This document shows positions 1 to 9,455 of a stretch of 64,000 nt of DNA, in pieces. Made by a program: the position numbers and the translations under genes. The notes beneath the pieces were generated by a model, which saw only the letters and a list, made by a program, of their open reading frames with translations, had not been told where the DNA came from and made no database searches. Source of the stretch: an uncultured virus (IMG/VR IMGVR_UViG_2912927692_000003) (lineage: Duplodnaviria > Heunggongvirae > Uroviricota > Caudoviricetes); IMG/VR virus record IMGVR_UViG_2912927692_000003. One strand, 5' to 3'. How positions within the stretch are numbered: position 1 is the stretch's first letter; each line of letters begins with the position of its first letter.

Positions 1-1041
1 ATGCGGCAGGGGAAGGCAGTTTATCAGGAAAGCCAGACATTCGACCGGAAGGCGGCGGCCCAGAACTGGCTGAAGCGCCGAGAGGCAGAGTTGGCCGCTC
101 CAGGCGCGATCGAGCGAGCCAACCGCAAGGGCGTCACTGTACGGGAAATGATCAAGCAGTATCTTGAGGAGTACGGGAAACTGCGACCGTTGGGCAGGAC
201 CAAGGAGGCGACGCTCCAGGCGATAGCTGCGACATGGCTGGGGGATGTGGTCGACCGGGACCTGACTTCCCAGGTGCTGGTCGAGTACGCAATGGATCGC
301 ATCGAGAAGGGCGGCGTGCAGCCGCAGACCGTAGGCAATGATCTTTCTCACCTCGGCGCCGTCTTGACGGTTGCACGCCCAGCATGGGGCTACGAGGTGG
401 ATCCGGTGGCCATGGCCGACGCCAGGCGCGTTCTGCGCAAGATGGGAGGGGTTTCTAGGAGCAACGAGCGGGACAGGCGCCCAACTTTGGAGGAGCTTGA
501 CACCATCCTTGCCTACTTCGTTGAAATGCGGGAGCGTCGCAAGCAGCAGATCGACATGGTTCGGATGATCGGCTTTGCGATTTTCTCAACGCGCCGCCAG
601 GAAGAGATCACCCGGATCCGCTGGGACGCCATCGACGAAGCACGCCAGGCAGTGCTGATCACGGACATGAAGAATCCGGGCCAGAAATACGGGAATGATG
701 TCTGGTGCCACCTGCCAGACCAGGCATGGCGCATTTTGCATTCGATGCCCCGGCGCGAGGAGTTCGTGTTCCCCTACAACGCGAAGTCGGTCAGCGCTTC
801 GTTTACCAGGGCTTGCAGCTTCTTGGAGATCGATGATCTCCACTTTCACGACCTGCGCCATGACGGCATCAGTCGGCTTTTCGAGATCGGATGGGATATT
901 CCGCGCGTGGCCAGCGTCTCGGGCCACCGGGACTGGAACTCGATGCGGCGTTACACGCATCTGAGAGGGAGCGGCGACAAGTACGAAGACTGGCCGTGGT
1001 TGGAGCAGATAATAGAGGGCCCCACGATCGAGGCCCGGTAG
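1..1041 (+). CDS. int: Tyrosine recombinase/integrase (true start probably upstream of window)
   Basis: Catalytic motifs TRRQEEI (R), HFHDLRH (HxxR), SGHRDW (H), RRYTHL (Y). Confidence 0.95.
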   Translation: MRQGKAVYQESQTFDRKAAAQNWLKRREAELAAPGAIERANRKGVTVREMIKQYLEEYGKLRPLGRTKEATLQAIAATWLGDVVDRDLTSQVLVEYAMDRIEKGGVQPQTVGNDLSHLGAVLTVARPAWGYEVDPVAMADARRVLRKMGGVSRSNERDRRPTLEELDTILAYFVEMRERRKQQIDMVRMIGFAIFSTRRQEEITRIRWDAIDEARQAVLITDMKNPGQKYGNDVWCHLPDQAWRILHSMPRREEFVFPYNAKSVSASFTRACSFLEIDDLHFHDLRHDGISRLFEIGWDIPRVASVSGHRDWNSMRRYTHLRGSGDKYEDWPWLEQIIEGPTIEAR

Positions 1042-1050
1042 GCGGGAAGG

Positions 1051-1335
1051 CTAGGATGCACGGCGCAGGGTTCTGCGACCCATGAGCTTTTCGTGCTCTT
1101 CCTTCGCCGTTCTGTGCCGTTCGTCAAGGTAGTTCGCCAGGTCCGTCAGGTGTACGCCACGCGCAGACTTCTGGCTGTTCTCCATGCGTACCAGCGGCAA
1201 GTCGATTTCGCCGGCCGCTACCTTCATCTTCATTTTCTCGGGGGGCAGGTGGCTGAAGTAGTCGGCGCAGACGCGTTCGAGGGGAATGATAGCGGCGCCA
1301 TCGTACTGAGCCATCAACAGAAACAGGGTGTTCAT
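1051..1335 (-). CDS. Pyocin activator PrtN-family protein, possible excisionase
   Basis: MNTLFLLMAQY..IPLERVCADYF..SQKSARGVHLTDLANYLD signature; convergent with int. Confidence 0.85.
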   Translation of the reverse strand: MNTLFLLMAQYDGAAIIPLERVCADYFSHLPPEKMKMKVAAGEIDLPLVRMENSQKSARGVHLTDLANYLDERHRTAKEEHEKLMGRRTLRRAS

Positions 1336-1410
1336 TGGGCGTTACCTATCCCAGCTCTCCGGCCGGGCTGTTCCGCGGCCCTTTCCGTTGGGCCGCGGGC
1401 ATGGATGATT

Positions 1411-1797
1411 TCAGGTAGGATGCACCGGCTCACCGGTGACGGGACCAGCCTTGGCGGGCATGTGCCCCTGATCCGGTGGGCTTTCGCTGGGCGAAGGTCT
1501 GGCCGGAAACGGCGTTCCCGGCAGGATGCCCAGGGCGTCGGTGGCGCGTTGGACGATGTTGAGCGCCACTTGCAGCGCCGCCGCGTCGTCTTGCATTCGC
1601 ATGAGCGCGGTCATCTTGGGCCGGTGCTCGGCACACACTCTGTCGCGAAGCTGACCGGCGGCGCGGCGAACAGCGTCGGCCGTGCCGTGGTGCTGGAGCA
1701 CCAGGGCCATGACCAGTACCACGTCGACGCTGTGCATCTGCATCGTTGTGGTCCGCAGGAGCCAGCGGGGAAGGGCGATGCCTGGTTTCTGCTTCAT
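1411..1797 (-). CDS. Hypothetical phage protein
   Basis: ATG at 1797 overlaps upstream stop (ATGA). Confidence 0.65.
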   Translation of the reverse strand: MKQKPGIALPRWLLRTTTMQMHSVDVVLVMALVLQHHGTADAVRRAAGQLRDRVCAEHRPKMTALMRMQDDAAALQVALNIVQRATDALGILPGTPFPARPSPSESPPDQGHMPAKAGPVTGEPVHPT

Positions 1798-1916
1798 CCG
1801 AAGCACCCCGTCTGCCAGGCCGCCAGCGTGCGGATGATCGGGAATATCTCCACCAGCCCCACCACGGCCAGGCCGAGGGCTGCGATGATGCCGAGGGCGG
1901 TCAGTGCTCTACGCAT
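1794..1916 (-). CDS. 40-aa single-TM membrane protein (not in ORF track)
   Basis: MRRALTALGIIAALGLAVVGLVEIFPIIRTLAAWQTGCFG; overlaps both neighbours. Confidence 0.65.
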   Translation of the reverse strand: MRRALTALGIIAALGLAVVGLVEIFPIIRTLAAWQTGCFG

Positions 1917-3696
1917 CACTTGGCCCTCCCTGACTCGCCGTTGCTCGGTCGAGGCGTTCGATCTCGGCAAGGGTCAAGGCGCAGGCCTTGACTAGCATCG
2001 TTCGACCGTCAGACCACTTGAATCCAGCCATCCAAGGCCAGGACTCCGGCTGTTTGCACGGCAGCCCGCCGCTGAGTGCATGCCACGAAACCTCGATGTA
2101 TGCGCGCGCCGCTTTCGATAGTTCGTAACTGATGTAATGGCTGTCACGAAACCCGTGGTAGCCCTCGACCTCGACTTGCCGGCGGCGCTCGGCTTGAACA
2201 TCGAGCCAGGCCTGCGGCACTTCCTTGCCGGGCGCGGCGGCGGGCAGCTTAATCACGGTCCCGGCCGGGTAGTAGCTGTGCGACTGCATGTCGGGGAAGG
2301 TATGTGCGTTGATGTCGCGTATCTCGACCCAACGGCTCTCGTCCTTCAACTGACGGAGGGCGATCCCGGCAAGGCTTTCGGCTGGTCGCGTGGTGTAGCT
2401 CACGTAAGCCGGCACGCTGTGCTGAGCCTGGGCTACAGGGGCGGTGACATCATCGCTGGCAACAAGTACATACCGGCCACCACAAGCTGGGCACGCCGCT
2501 GTCATGCAGTTTTCGCGATGACATCCAGGGCACTTGTCTTCGTCTGGCTCAGGGCCTGTCCAGTCGCAGTCGTGGCAGGCGGCCAATCCGTCGGCGGAAT
2601 CGTTGATCCCCCCATGCTGGCACTCGTCGCACTGGCGGGCCTCGACGTACACAGTGCCTTTCTCAAGCTCCGCGACCCTGGCCAGGGCGACTTCTTCACT
2701 CGACCGTAGCGCGTCTATCTGCTCCTGCATGATCTTCACTAAGTCACGATCGGCCTCGACTTCGGCCAGGGCGGCGTCGCGCTCTTGCTCTGCCGTTGCG
2801 CAGGCCGTTGCTACTTCGTGCAGACGGGCGTTGGCAGCGTCGCGCTCGGATCGCAACTTCCAGCGGTCTCCATCGCTCTCGTCGAGGGCGTCATGAAGCT
2901 GGCCGGTGATGCGCTCATGCTGGGCGACGGTCATCAATGGCTCGACGCGGTACGGCCCTTCCTGCGTTGCAGCGATTTCGGAGATGTTCACCGAGCGCGC
3001 CGCTTCTTCTTCGGTGCGGCATGGGACATGGGAGCGCGTCCCTACCTTCCAGTTCGACCAGGCCACCACCTCCGGCCGCTCCGCCTCTGCCTGCTCGGCT
3101 GGTGCCTCGGTCACGTCCTCCACGAAGAACCCGCAATGTCGGCACTCGCGGCCGGTCTTGATGACGCCGTTGTCATTCCACCAGACGCCCGCGAAGTCGT
3201 GGGCGCAGTTCTGCGTGGTGCTGAACCGGTGTTGCGTGCCGCGCTCGGCCAGGTCCGACGCCGGAGAGGGTTGCGGCGTACCGAGTAAATCCTCTCCCTG
3301 CTGGGTGATTTCCCAAAGCGCTGGGCTGCGCTGCACCCGATTGAGCAGCCCGACCTGAGTCAGCAGGTCAAGCCAGTGCCGACCGATATCTACGCCGCCC
3401 GATTCGAAGTCGCTGGCGCAGTCATAGAAGCGGCGCAGCTTGGCCAGCACCTTCTCCGCGAAAGGCGGTAGTGTCAGGGAGGGTTGCGCCAGGGCGGTGC
3501 CGGCCAGGCCCTGGGAATCTAGCGTCGGCGCCTGGTCCTTGATCAGGGCCAGCAGGCTCTCGGCTGAGGAATGAACGTCGTCGAGGTCCGTTGACCAGCG
3601 GTGCGGGCTGGTGTCGTGGATGTTGTCCAGTGCTTCGATGATGCCGCGTAGGCGGGTGGCGCACTGCTCGATCAGTTGGTGTTGGGTAGAGGACAT
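1909..3696 (-). CDS. Mosaic multidomain early protein (Zn fingers, coiled coil, LysM-like, C-terminal ERRRQ..AEIERLDR domain)
   Basis: GGAG RBS before ATG 3696; CxxC clusters; YTTRPAESLAGIA..GTVIKLP LysM-like segment. Confidence 0.75.
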   Translation of the reverse strand: MSSTQHQLIEQCATRLRGIIEALDNIHDTSPHRWSTDLDDVHSSAESLLALIKDQAPTLDSQGLAGTALAQPSLTLPPFAEKVLAKLRRFYDCASDFESGGVDIGRHWLDLLTQVGLLNRVQRSPALWEITQQGEDLLGTPQPSPASDLAERGTQHRFSTTQNCAHDFAGVWWNDNGVIKTGRECRHCGFFVEDVTEAPAEQAEAERPEVVAWSNWKVGTRSHVPCRTEEEAARSVNISEIAATQEGPYRVEPLMTVAQHERITGQLHDALDESDGDRWKLRSERDAANARLHEVATACATAEQERDAALAEVEADRDLVKIMQEQIDALRSSEEVALARVAELEKGTVYVEARQCDECQHGGINDSADGLAACHDCDWTGPEPDEDKCPGCHRENCMTAACPACGGRYVLVASDDVTAPVAQAQHSVPAYVSYTTRPAESLAGIALRQLKDESRWVEIRDINAHTFPDMQSHSYYPAGTVIKLPAAAPGKEVPQAWLDVQAERRRQVEVEGYHGFRDSHYISYELSKAARAYIEVSWHALSGGLPCKQPESWPWMAGFKWSDGRTMLVKACALTLAEIERLDRATASQGGPSDA

Positions 3697-3797
3697 GGTG
3701 GTGTCTCCGGTTGCTCCGGCGCCGGCGGCCGGCAGCGGAAGCATTTGCACAGGCCTATCCGTTGGCCCGTGGTGCGGCAGATGGTGGGGCGGTTCAT
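3672..3797 (-). CDS. 41-aa Cys/Pro-rich peptide
   Basis: MNRPTICRTTGQRIGLCKCFRCRPP..; fills the gap between operon genes. Confidence 0.5.
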   Translation of the reverse strand: MNRPTICRTTGQRIGLCKCFRCRPPAPEQPETPPCPLPNTN

Positions 3798-3805
3798 TGC
3801 GGTGC

Positions 3806-5572
3806 TCAGGTAAGTTCGAACGGCGGTTGCTGGTGAATCGGGGTTGGATGGCTGGTGCGCGGAACCTTGACGCCGTGATCGGCGAGGAAGCGCTGGGCGA
3901 GTTGGCGCAGTTGGTTCTCGCCAAGGTCGCGGCGTTCTACCAGGTGCTCGCCTGGGTTGCGCACGCCCTCGATCTGCTCGAGCTTGACTCCCAGAACGTC
4001 GGAGACGATCGGGTCGCTTCCCTCGTTGGAGATCAGGAAGAACGCTTGCACAGGCTCGCGCTGGCCGTCGCGGTGTATCCGGCCGATGCATTGCTCATGC
4101 ACGCCCGGCGACCAGTCGAGTTCGCCGAACACCACCGTGCTGCAGGCGTGTTGCAGGCCATCGATGCCTGCGCCGGCGCGTAGGCTGATCAGCATCAGGC
4201 GGCTGTCGCCGGCGACAAATGCGTCCTTCGCGGCCTGTTTCTCCTTTGGCGACTCGGTGCCGGTGTACATGACGGGGTTGTAGTCGGCCAACTTCTCCCG
4301 CCAGATGCTGTAGACCTCACGGTGCCAGCCGAACAGGAGCACCTGCTGTCCGCTTTCCAGTAGCAGGCGGACGAACTCCGCGACGTATGGCGCCTTCGCG
4401 ACGCCAGTGGCTTGGCGCACCAACTGGTCGAACTCGCCGGCCGCACGCATCTTCTCGCCGCGGTAGGCCTCGTTGTGAGCCAGGATGGTCTTGGCCAGTG
4501 CTACCGCGTCGCCGGTGATCCGCTCCAGGGCCGCGCCGTCCGACTCGATCTCGTGCGGGATCTTCGAGAGCGCCGGAAGTTCTCGGCCGACCTCGGCCCG
4601 GGTGCGCCGGAGCATGATTCCCTCCCGACGCAGGTAGGCGCCGAACTGCTCGGCGTCCTTCAGGCGTGGTTTTTCGCCAACGCTGCCGCCCACGCACCAC
4701 TCGCGCAGGAACTCGTCGTAGCTGCCCAGGCAGTCCGGGATCAGTGGGTTGACGACGTGGTAGAACTCGGAGCCGTAGTTGTAGATGGGCGTCGCGGTCA
4801 GGCCCATCCGCAGGCGTGCCTGCCCGGCCAAGTACTCGCAGGCCTGGTAGATATTGCTGCTTGGGTTCCTGAGCTGCTGGCATTCCTCGAAGACCACGTA
4901 CTGCACGATCTCGCCCAGGACATCGGCCCAGCCCCTGAGCTTGTGATAGCTGACAAGGATCACGTCGGGCAGCGTGTCCCAGAGGTCCGGGATGCGCTGG
5001 CGTGGCTGGCGGACCAGCGGGTAGGGTTGGCCCTTGCGGATGTGATGCACGCGCAGGTTCGGAGCGAACTCGGCGAGCTTTTCCGGCCAGTGGTTCGGGA
5101 GGGCGGCAGGGTAGACAACGACCGCCGGCAGGTTGCCGGGTTCCGCCATCGGGCATATCCCAGTGATGGTCTTGCCCAAGCCCAAGTCGTCCGCCAGCAG
5201 CAGGCCGCCGCGGATCGTGACCTGGGCGCCTGCGAAGCGCTGGTACTCGCGCGGCGGCTTGGCCAGCTTGAATGCCGGCAGCGGGATCCGCCCAGCGACC
5301 AGTTCGGCCAGGTTCTGCTCCATCTGATGGTGCTGCTGCGCCAACTGCTTGAGCGATTCCTGTGCGTCCGTGTCGATCTCCATTGGGTAGCGCTGTAGGA
5401 ACCACAGCAGTTCCCGGCTGTTTTCGGGGCTGCCGAGCAGGTCGATATGCTCACCCGGAGCCTGCGGCACACGCGGAAATACCCGCTTCAACCTGGCGCG
5501 CACCTGTGGTTCGCATGTGATCCGCCAGTACCGGCCGTTGTAGACGATCCGGCCGTAGGTGGTTGATGTCAT
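3806..5572 (-). CDS. SNF2-family helicase/ATPase
   Basis: LLADDLGLGKT, FEECQ, LTATP, SLRAGAGIDGLQ, EQCIGRIHRDGQ. Confidence 0.9.
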   Translation of the reverse strand: MTSTTYGRIVYNGRYWRITCEPQVRARLKRVFPRVPQAPGEHIDLLGSPENSRELLWFLQRYPMEIDTDAQESLKQLAQQHHQMEQNLAELVAGRIPLPAFKLAKPPREYQRFAGAQVTIRGGLLLADDLGLGKTITGICPMAEPGNLPAVVVYPAALPNHWPEKLAEFAPNLRVHHIRKGQPYPLVRQPRQRIPDLWDTLPDVILVSYHKLRGWADVLGEIVQYVVFEECQQLRNPSSNIYQACEYLAGQARLRMGLTATPIYNYGSEFYHVVNPLIPDCLGSYDEFLREWCVGGSVGEKPRLKDAEQFGAYLRREGIMLRRTRAEVGRELPALSKIPHEIESDGAALERITGDAVALAKTILAHNEAYRGEKMRAAGEFDQLVRQATGVAKAPYVAEFVRLLLESGQQVLLFGWHREVYSIWREKLADYNPVMYTGTESPKEKQAAKDAFVAGDSRLMLISLRAGAGIDGLQHACSTVVFGELDWSPGVHEQCIGRIHRDGQREPVQAFFLISNEGSDPIVSDVLGVKLEQIEGVRNPGEHLVERRDLGENQLRQLAQRFLADHGVKVPRTSHPTPIHQQPPFELT

Positions 5573-5949
5573 AGCGTTTGCCTTCTCAGCCTGACAATGT
5601 GGAAGGGCTTGCCCGCCAACTCCGGCCGTTTGGCCATGGCGGTATCGGCCCAGCGTTGAGTGCTGGCGAGCAGCACAGCGTGGACCTGCGGAAGGGCCAG
5701 GTAGCGCTGGCACTGCCGGAGTGCGGCGGCGAGGGAGCCGTCTACTTTCACCTCGATGACGATCCCCTCCAGCCAGAAGTCCGCGCGGTTACGTGCGTCG
5801 AGCGCCACCTCGCGCTCATGCTCGAAGCCGGCGCCGGTCAGGACGGTGGAGAGAGCCTGGTGAAGCTGTACCTCGCTGCCGTATCGGTAGTGGTACCCGC
5901 CCACCAGGGACGCCAGGCGGGACAGGTGCATGTGGTACTCGGCGCTCAT
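5569..5949 (-). CDS. PD-(D/E)xK-type nuclease
   Basis: E..RADF..IEVK..QCQRY; translationally coupled to helicase. Confidence 0.7.
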   Translation of the reverse strand: MSAEYHMHLSRLASLVGGYHYRYGSEVQLHQALSTVLTGAGFEHEREVALDARNRADFWLEGIVIEVKVDGSLAAALRQCQRYLALPQVHAVLLASTQRWADTAMAKRPELAGKPFHIVRLRRQTL

Positions 5950-6269
5950 CGTGCATCCTCCGCTGGACCGGTGATGTGCTCCGCGTGCAGAGCGCGCATT
6001 CCGAGGTTGGTGGCCACGGTGAACTCCAGCCTGGCGCCCTTCGAGTCCATCCAGCCCGGCAGCAGGGCGATTGCCTGGCAGGTGAGCAGCTTCTGCAGGT
6101 CGAGCCGCAGGTAGTCGGCCCACTCGAAGCCCGGAATCTCGCCGTGCTCGGCGGGGTTCTCGACCTGGTACCCGAGGCTGCGCAGGCGCGCGGCTTCGGC
6201 GTGGAAGGCGGGGAAGTTGTGTTCCGGCAGGCCGGTCATAGGCCCGGCGAGGTAGATGCGCTGGATCAC
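5946..6269 (-). CDS. DUF4406 / nucleoside 2-deoxyribosyltransferase-like protein
   Basis: IYLAGPMTG..NFPAF..NPAE..LLPGWMDSKGARLE; GTG start overlapping upstream TGA. Confidence 0.85.
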   Translation of the reverse strand: MIQRIYLAGPMTGLPEHNFPAFHAEAARLRSLGYQVENPAEHGEIPGFEWADYLRLDLQKLLTCQAIALLPGWMDSKGARLEFTVATNLGMRALHAEHITGPAEDAR

Positions 6270-6913
6270 GGCAGCAACCCCTCCCCGATCTGGCGGGCAT
6301 GCTTGAGGCTGCCGGCCCTGATGCGCGTCCAGTTCTTGCCCCAGTCCTCCGTCAGGCCGCCCTGGTCGCGGAAGAAGGGACCGTGCTTCACGAACACGGC
6401 GCCGCCGGCGTTGCGCATGACGAAGTAGGTGTTGTCGTCGATCGGGTCGTCCGCGCGGTTGTGCTCGATCGCCTTGTCGGCCGGCGCCGTGCGCCAGTCC
6501 GGCCAGGTGCGCGACTCGTTCTTCGCCTGCTTTGCCAGCAGGGCGTCGATGATCTGCGCCGGAGTGGCGCCGGTGCGCCAAGCCCCGTCCAGGGCCAGGA
6601 TCACAACGTCGATCCACTCGGCCAGGTCGCCGGGGGCTTCTTCGATTTCGCGCAACTCTTTGCGGATGTGGTCGACGACGCCAGCGGCGCGCGACCCAGG
6701 CCCGAACGTGCGTTCGCTGAACCGGCGCTGGCGCTCCAGGTGCAGGTCGAGACGGAACACGTCCAGCCGCCCTCGGGCGCGGCCAAGCGCGTAAGCCTCG
6801 TCCTGGAACATCAGGAGGTGATCGCTGGTGCGTCCGGTCAGGACATCGAGATAGCGGCTGTGGAGCGCTTCAATGGCAAGGTGATCGTCGGGGTGGTTCT
6901 GGTTCGTCGTCAT
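6266..6913 (-). CDS. DUF550 dATP/dGTP pyrophosphohydrolase-domain protein
   Basis: FSERTFGPG..HIRKELREI..EWIDVVILALDGAWR..KNESRTWPDWR. Confidence 0.85.
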   Translation of the reverse strand: MTTNQNHPDDHLAIEALHSRYLDVLTGRTSDHLLMFQDEAYALGRARGRLDVFRLDLHLERQRRFSERTFGPGSRAAGVVDHIRKELREIEEAPGDLAEWIDVVILALDGAWRTGATPAQIIDALLAKQAKNESRTWPDWRTAPADKAIEHNRADDPIDDNTYFVMRNAGGAVFVKHGPFFRDQGGLTEDWGKNWTRIRAGSLKHARQIGEGLLP

Positions 6914-7338
6914 GGCTGCACCTGCTGAAGTGGGCGATGGCCTGGTTTCGGCGGTAGGTGTGGGGTGAGCAGCGCGTCCTCGAGGGACATGCCTGCGGCG
7001 AGTCGCCGGCGGACGGTGCTGGCCGAGACGGGGCTCGGCAGCAGGTCGACCAACTCTTCGAGGGTTCCGGTTCTGCCGCGCACGGTGTGGGTGTGCTTTT
7101 CCTTGCGTGCCTGGCGGGCCTGGTCCAGTGCGCGGGCGAGTGCCGGCGTGCAGTAGCCCTGTTTCTGCGAGTTGGCCCGCTTGTGGTCCAGCGACTGGCC
7201 CTTCGCCGGCCACTCGATGTCCGGCATCAGGGTCAGCAGCTCTCGGAACTTCCAGGGGCCCATGCCGAGCGCGTGCATGGTGGCGCGCCGGGAAAGCCCG
7301 CGCGCGGCCGCGTTGCGAATGAACTGTTCGGTGTTCAT
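6910..7338 (-). CDS. Hypothetical, probable DNA-binding protein
   Basis: Coupled ORF; C-terminal STVRRRLAAGMSLEDALLTP helix-turn-helix-like segment. Confidence 0.65.
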   Translation of the reverse strand: MNTEQFIRNAAARGLSRRATMHALGMGPWKFRELLTLMPDIEWPAKGQSLDHKRANSQKQGYCTPALARALDQARQARKEKHTHTVRGRTGTLEELVDLLPSPVSASTVRRRLAAGMSLEDALLTPHLPPKPGHRPLQQVQP

Positions 7339-9455
7339 GCCGCCACCTGCTGCGGACTCGGGCGTAGCCGCCGCTTCCATGGGTCGTTCGCCCGGGCGTA
7401 TGCGGCCATCGTGTTCGGGCTCACGCTGTTGCCGCACATGTGAACTTGCTGGGATAGAGTGAACCGCTGCCCGTTGTGGCCCCGCTCGATGATGTAGCTG
7501 TCGGGGAAGCCCTGGGCGCGATACAACTCGCGCGGTTTCAGCATTCGCAGCCGGATGTCGACGATCACGTATGGGCTACCGCTGATCCACACGGTGACCA
7601 GGGCCAGCCGGTCTTTGGTGGTGATCGTGGTTAGCGGATCGTCCAGCTTCGCCCACTGCCCGCCGGTCGAGTGGTAGCGCATCAGGAACGACGACACCCA
7701 CAGCGCGCCGTCCAATTGCTCCGGGGTCAGGCTGCTGGCGACCATTTCCGCGGTGACCAGACCGTGGTGCGTGCCGCCGGCGCTGACCGTGTGCAGCGGC
7801 TCGTCGGCGGCGCGCGCGTCGCAGTTGCCGCGCAGATGCAGCAGGTGGGCGGCGACCAGGCCGTGGTGGTCCGTGCCGGTTTGCGTGCCCAGCGGTCCGT
7901 CCACCGGTGCGCCATGCGATCCCTTCCGTAGCGTTACCAGGTGTGCCGTGGCGAGCTGCTGCTGGCTGCCGCTGTTCGTGATCGTGCTCATCGGCGCGTC
8001 GGCCGGCCGGCTGAAGGTCGTGTTGTAGCCGCCGTTCATCTGAGCGAGGAAGGCGGTGGCGATCGCGTGTCCGCCGCTGCCGCTGGCGGTGACCGTCGGC
8101 AGCGGTTCCTCAACCGAGCGAAAGCCCTTGCCCCAGCGCTTCACGCCGTCCGGCTTCCCGTCACCATGTGCTGCGCCGACCAAGACAGCGCTGGCCAGGC
8201 CCAGGGCGTGCGCCGCGCCGGCCGGGCGCTTGCACTCGCCGCCGCTGGTGATCGTCGGCATCGGCTGGTCGACCGGTGCGCCGGTGGCGTCGAAGCGGAA
8301 CTTGACCAGGTGGGCGGCCGCGACGGCGTGCTTGATGCCGCCGGCGACCACGGTGCCGAGCGGTTCATCCAGTTCAAGGACGCGCGGTGCCTGTCCGTCG
8401 CGCTCGCCGTAGCCGACTTGGATCAGTGTTGGGGTGGCAACGGAGAAAGCGCCGCCCTTCGGCCAAGCGGTGATGGTGTTCAGCGGCTGGTCCACCGGAT
8501 GCACGGCTTCGCGCGACCAGTTCGCGATCGGCACGATGAAGGGCTTGGCGCGCTGTAGCACCTCCTTCTCGATGCCCTTGGCGATCCGGCGCATGGTGGC
8601 CTCGGCCAGCGGGCGCTTCCGGTTGCGGATCGACTGACCGAGATCGCTCCAATCGATGCACTCTGCAGCAGTACGGTACGGCTTCAGCCCCTTGCTGGGC
8701 TTCGCGGCATGGGTCTTCTCCGCCGCCACTGGCTCGAAACCACCGTCGGTGGCCACCAGGTACAGGCGCTGGCGGGTGGTCGGGTCTCCGTAGTCGCAGT
8801 TGCGCTCGACCCAGTAATCCACCTGGTAGCCGAACCCGCGCAGCGCGTGCAGGAACTGACGCCAGGTGCGGCCCTTGCGCTTCGGATCGGGCACGAGGAA
8901 CTGCTCGTGGCGCGGCACCCGCTCGCCAGGCTGGGCAACGGTGCCGTCGAGACGCACGACACGGCCGGTCGCTTTGTCGCGCTTGGCGATCAGCGGGCCC
9001 CACTGCAGGATCTGCTTCACGTTCTCCAGGCTGATCACCCAGGGCCCGCGGCCGAGCTTCTGGAGCTTGCCGGCCCACTTCACAACAACCCAGGACAGGT
9101 CGCGGATCTCTTTCTTGCGCGGCTGGCCGCCGGCGGCCTGGCTGTGGTGCCGGCAGTCCGGTGAGGCGTGCAGCCAGCCCACGGTCTTGTCCTTCGTGCT
9201 CGCGATGGGGTCGATGCCCCAGACATCGGTCGGCAGATGCTCGGCGTGCGGGTGGTTGGCCTCGTGCATGCTGATTGCGGCCGGGTTGTGGTTGATGGCC
9301 AGGTCGACCTTGCGGCCCAGGCCCATTTCCAGGCCGGTGCTGGCACCGCCGCCGCCGGCGAACAGGTCGACGATGATCGCGTCGTCGGTGTCGTCCAAGG
9401 CCAGGCCGTACTGGGTTTTGAAGTCGAGCGGGGAGGGCTTCTTGAGGGAAGTCAT
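7335..9455 (-). CDS. DNA (cytosine-5) methyltransferase with repeated variable region
   Basis: DLFAGGGG, ASPDC, LENV, RQRLY, RMLKPRELYRAQGFP, GNSV. Confidence 0.92.
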   Translation of the reverse strand: MTSLKKPSPLDFKTQYGLALDDTDDAIIVDLFAGGGGASTGLEMGLGRKVDLAINHNPAAISMHEANHPHAEHLPTDVWGIDPIASTKDKTVGWLHASPDCRHHSQAAGGQPRKKEIRDLSWVVVKWAGKLQKLGRGPWVISLENVKQILQWGPLIAKRDKATGRVVRLDGTVAQPGERVPRHEQFLVPDPKRKGRTWRQFLHALRGFGYQVDYWVERNCDYGDPTTRQRLYLVATDGGFEPVAAEKTHAAKPSKGLKPYRTAAECIDWSDLGQSIRNRKRPLAEATMRRIAKGIEKEVLQRAKPFIVPIANWSREAVHPVDQPLNTITAWPKGGAFSVATPTLIQVGYGERDGQAPRVLELDEPLGTVVAGGIKHAVAAAHLVKFRFDATGAPVDQPMPTITSGGECKRPAGAAHALGLASAVLVGAAHGDGKPDGVKRWGKGFRSVEEPLPTVTASGSGGHAIATAFLAQMNGGYNTTFSRPADAPMSTITNSGSQQQLATAHLVTLRKGSHGAPVDGPLGTQTGTDHHGLVAAHLLHLRGNCDARAADEPLHTVSAGGTHHGLVTAEMVASSLTPEQLDGALWVSSFLMRYHSTGGQWAKLDDPLTTITTKDRLALVTVWISGSPYVIVDIRLRMLKPRELYRAQGFPDSYIIERGHNGQRFTLSQQVHMCGNSVSPNTMAAYARANDPWKRRLRPSPQQVAA

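Noticed and set aside
1..60. attL/attP site
   Set aside because: Window begins at or inside the integrase gene; no flanking direct repeat visible
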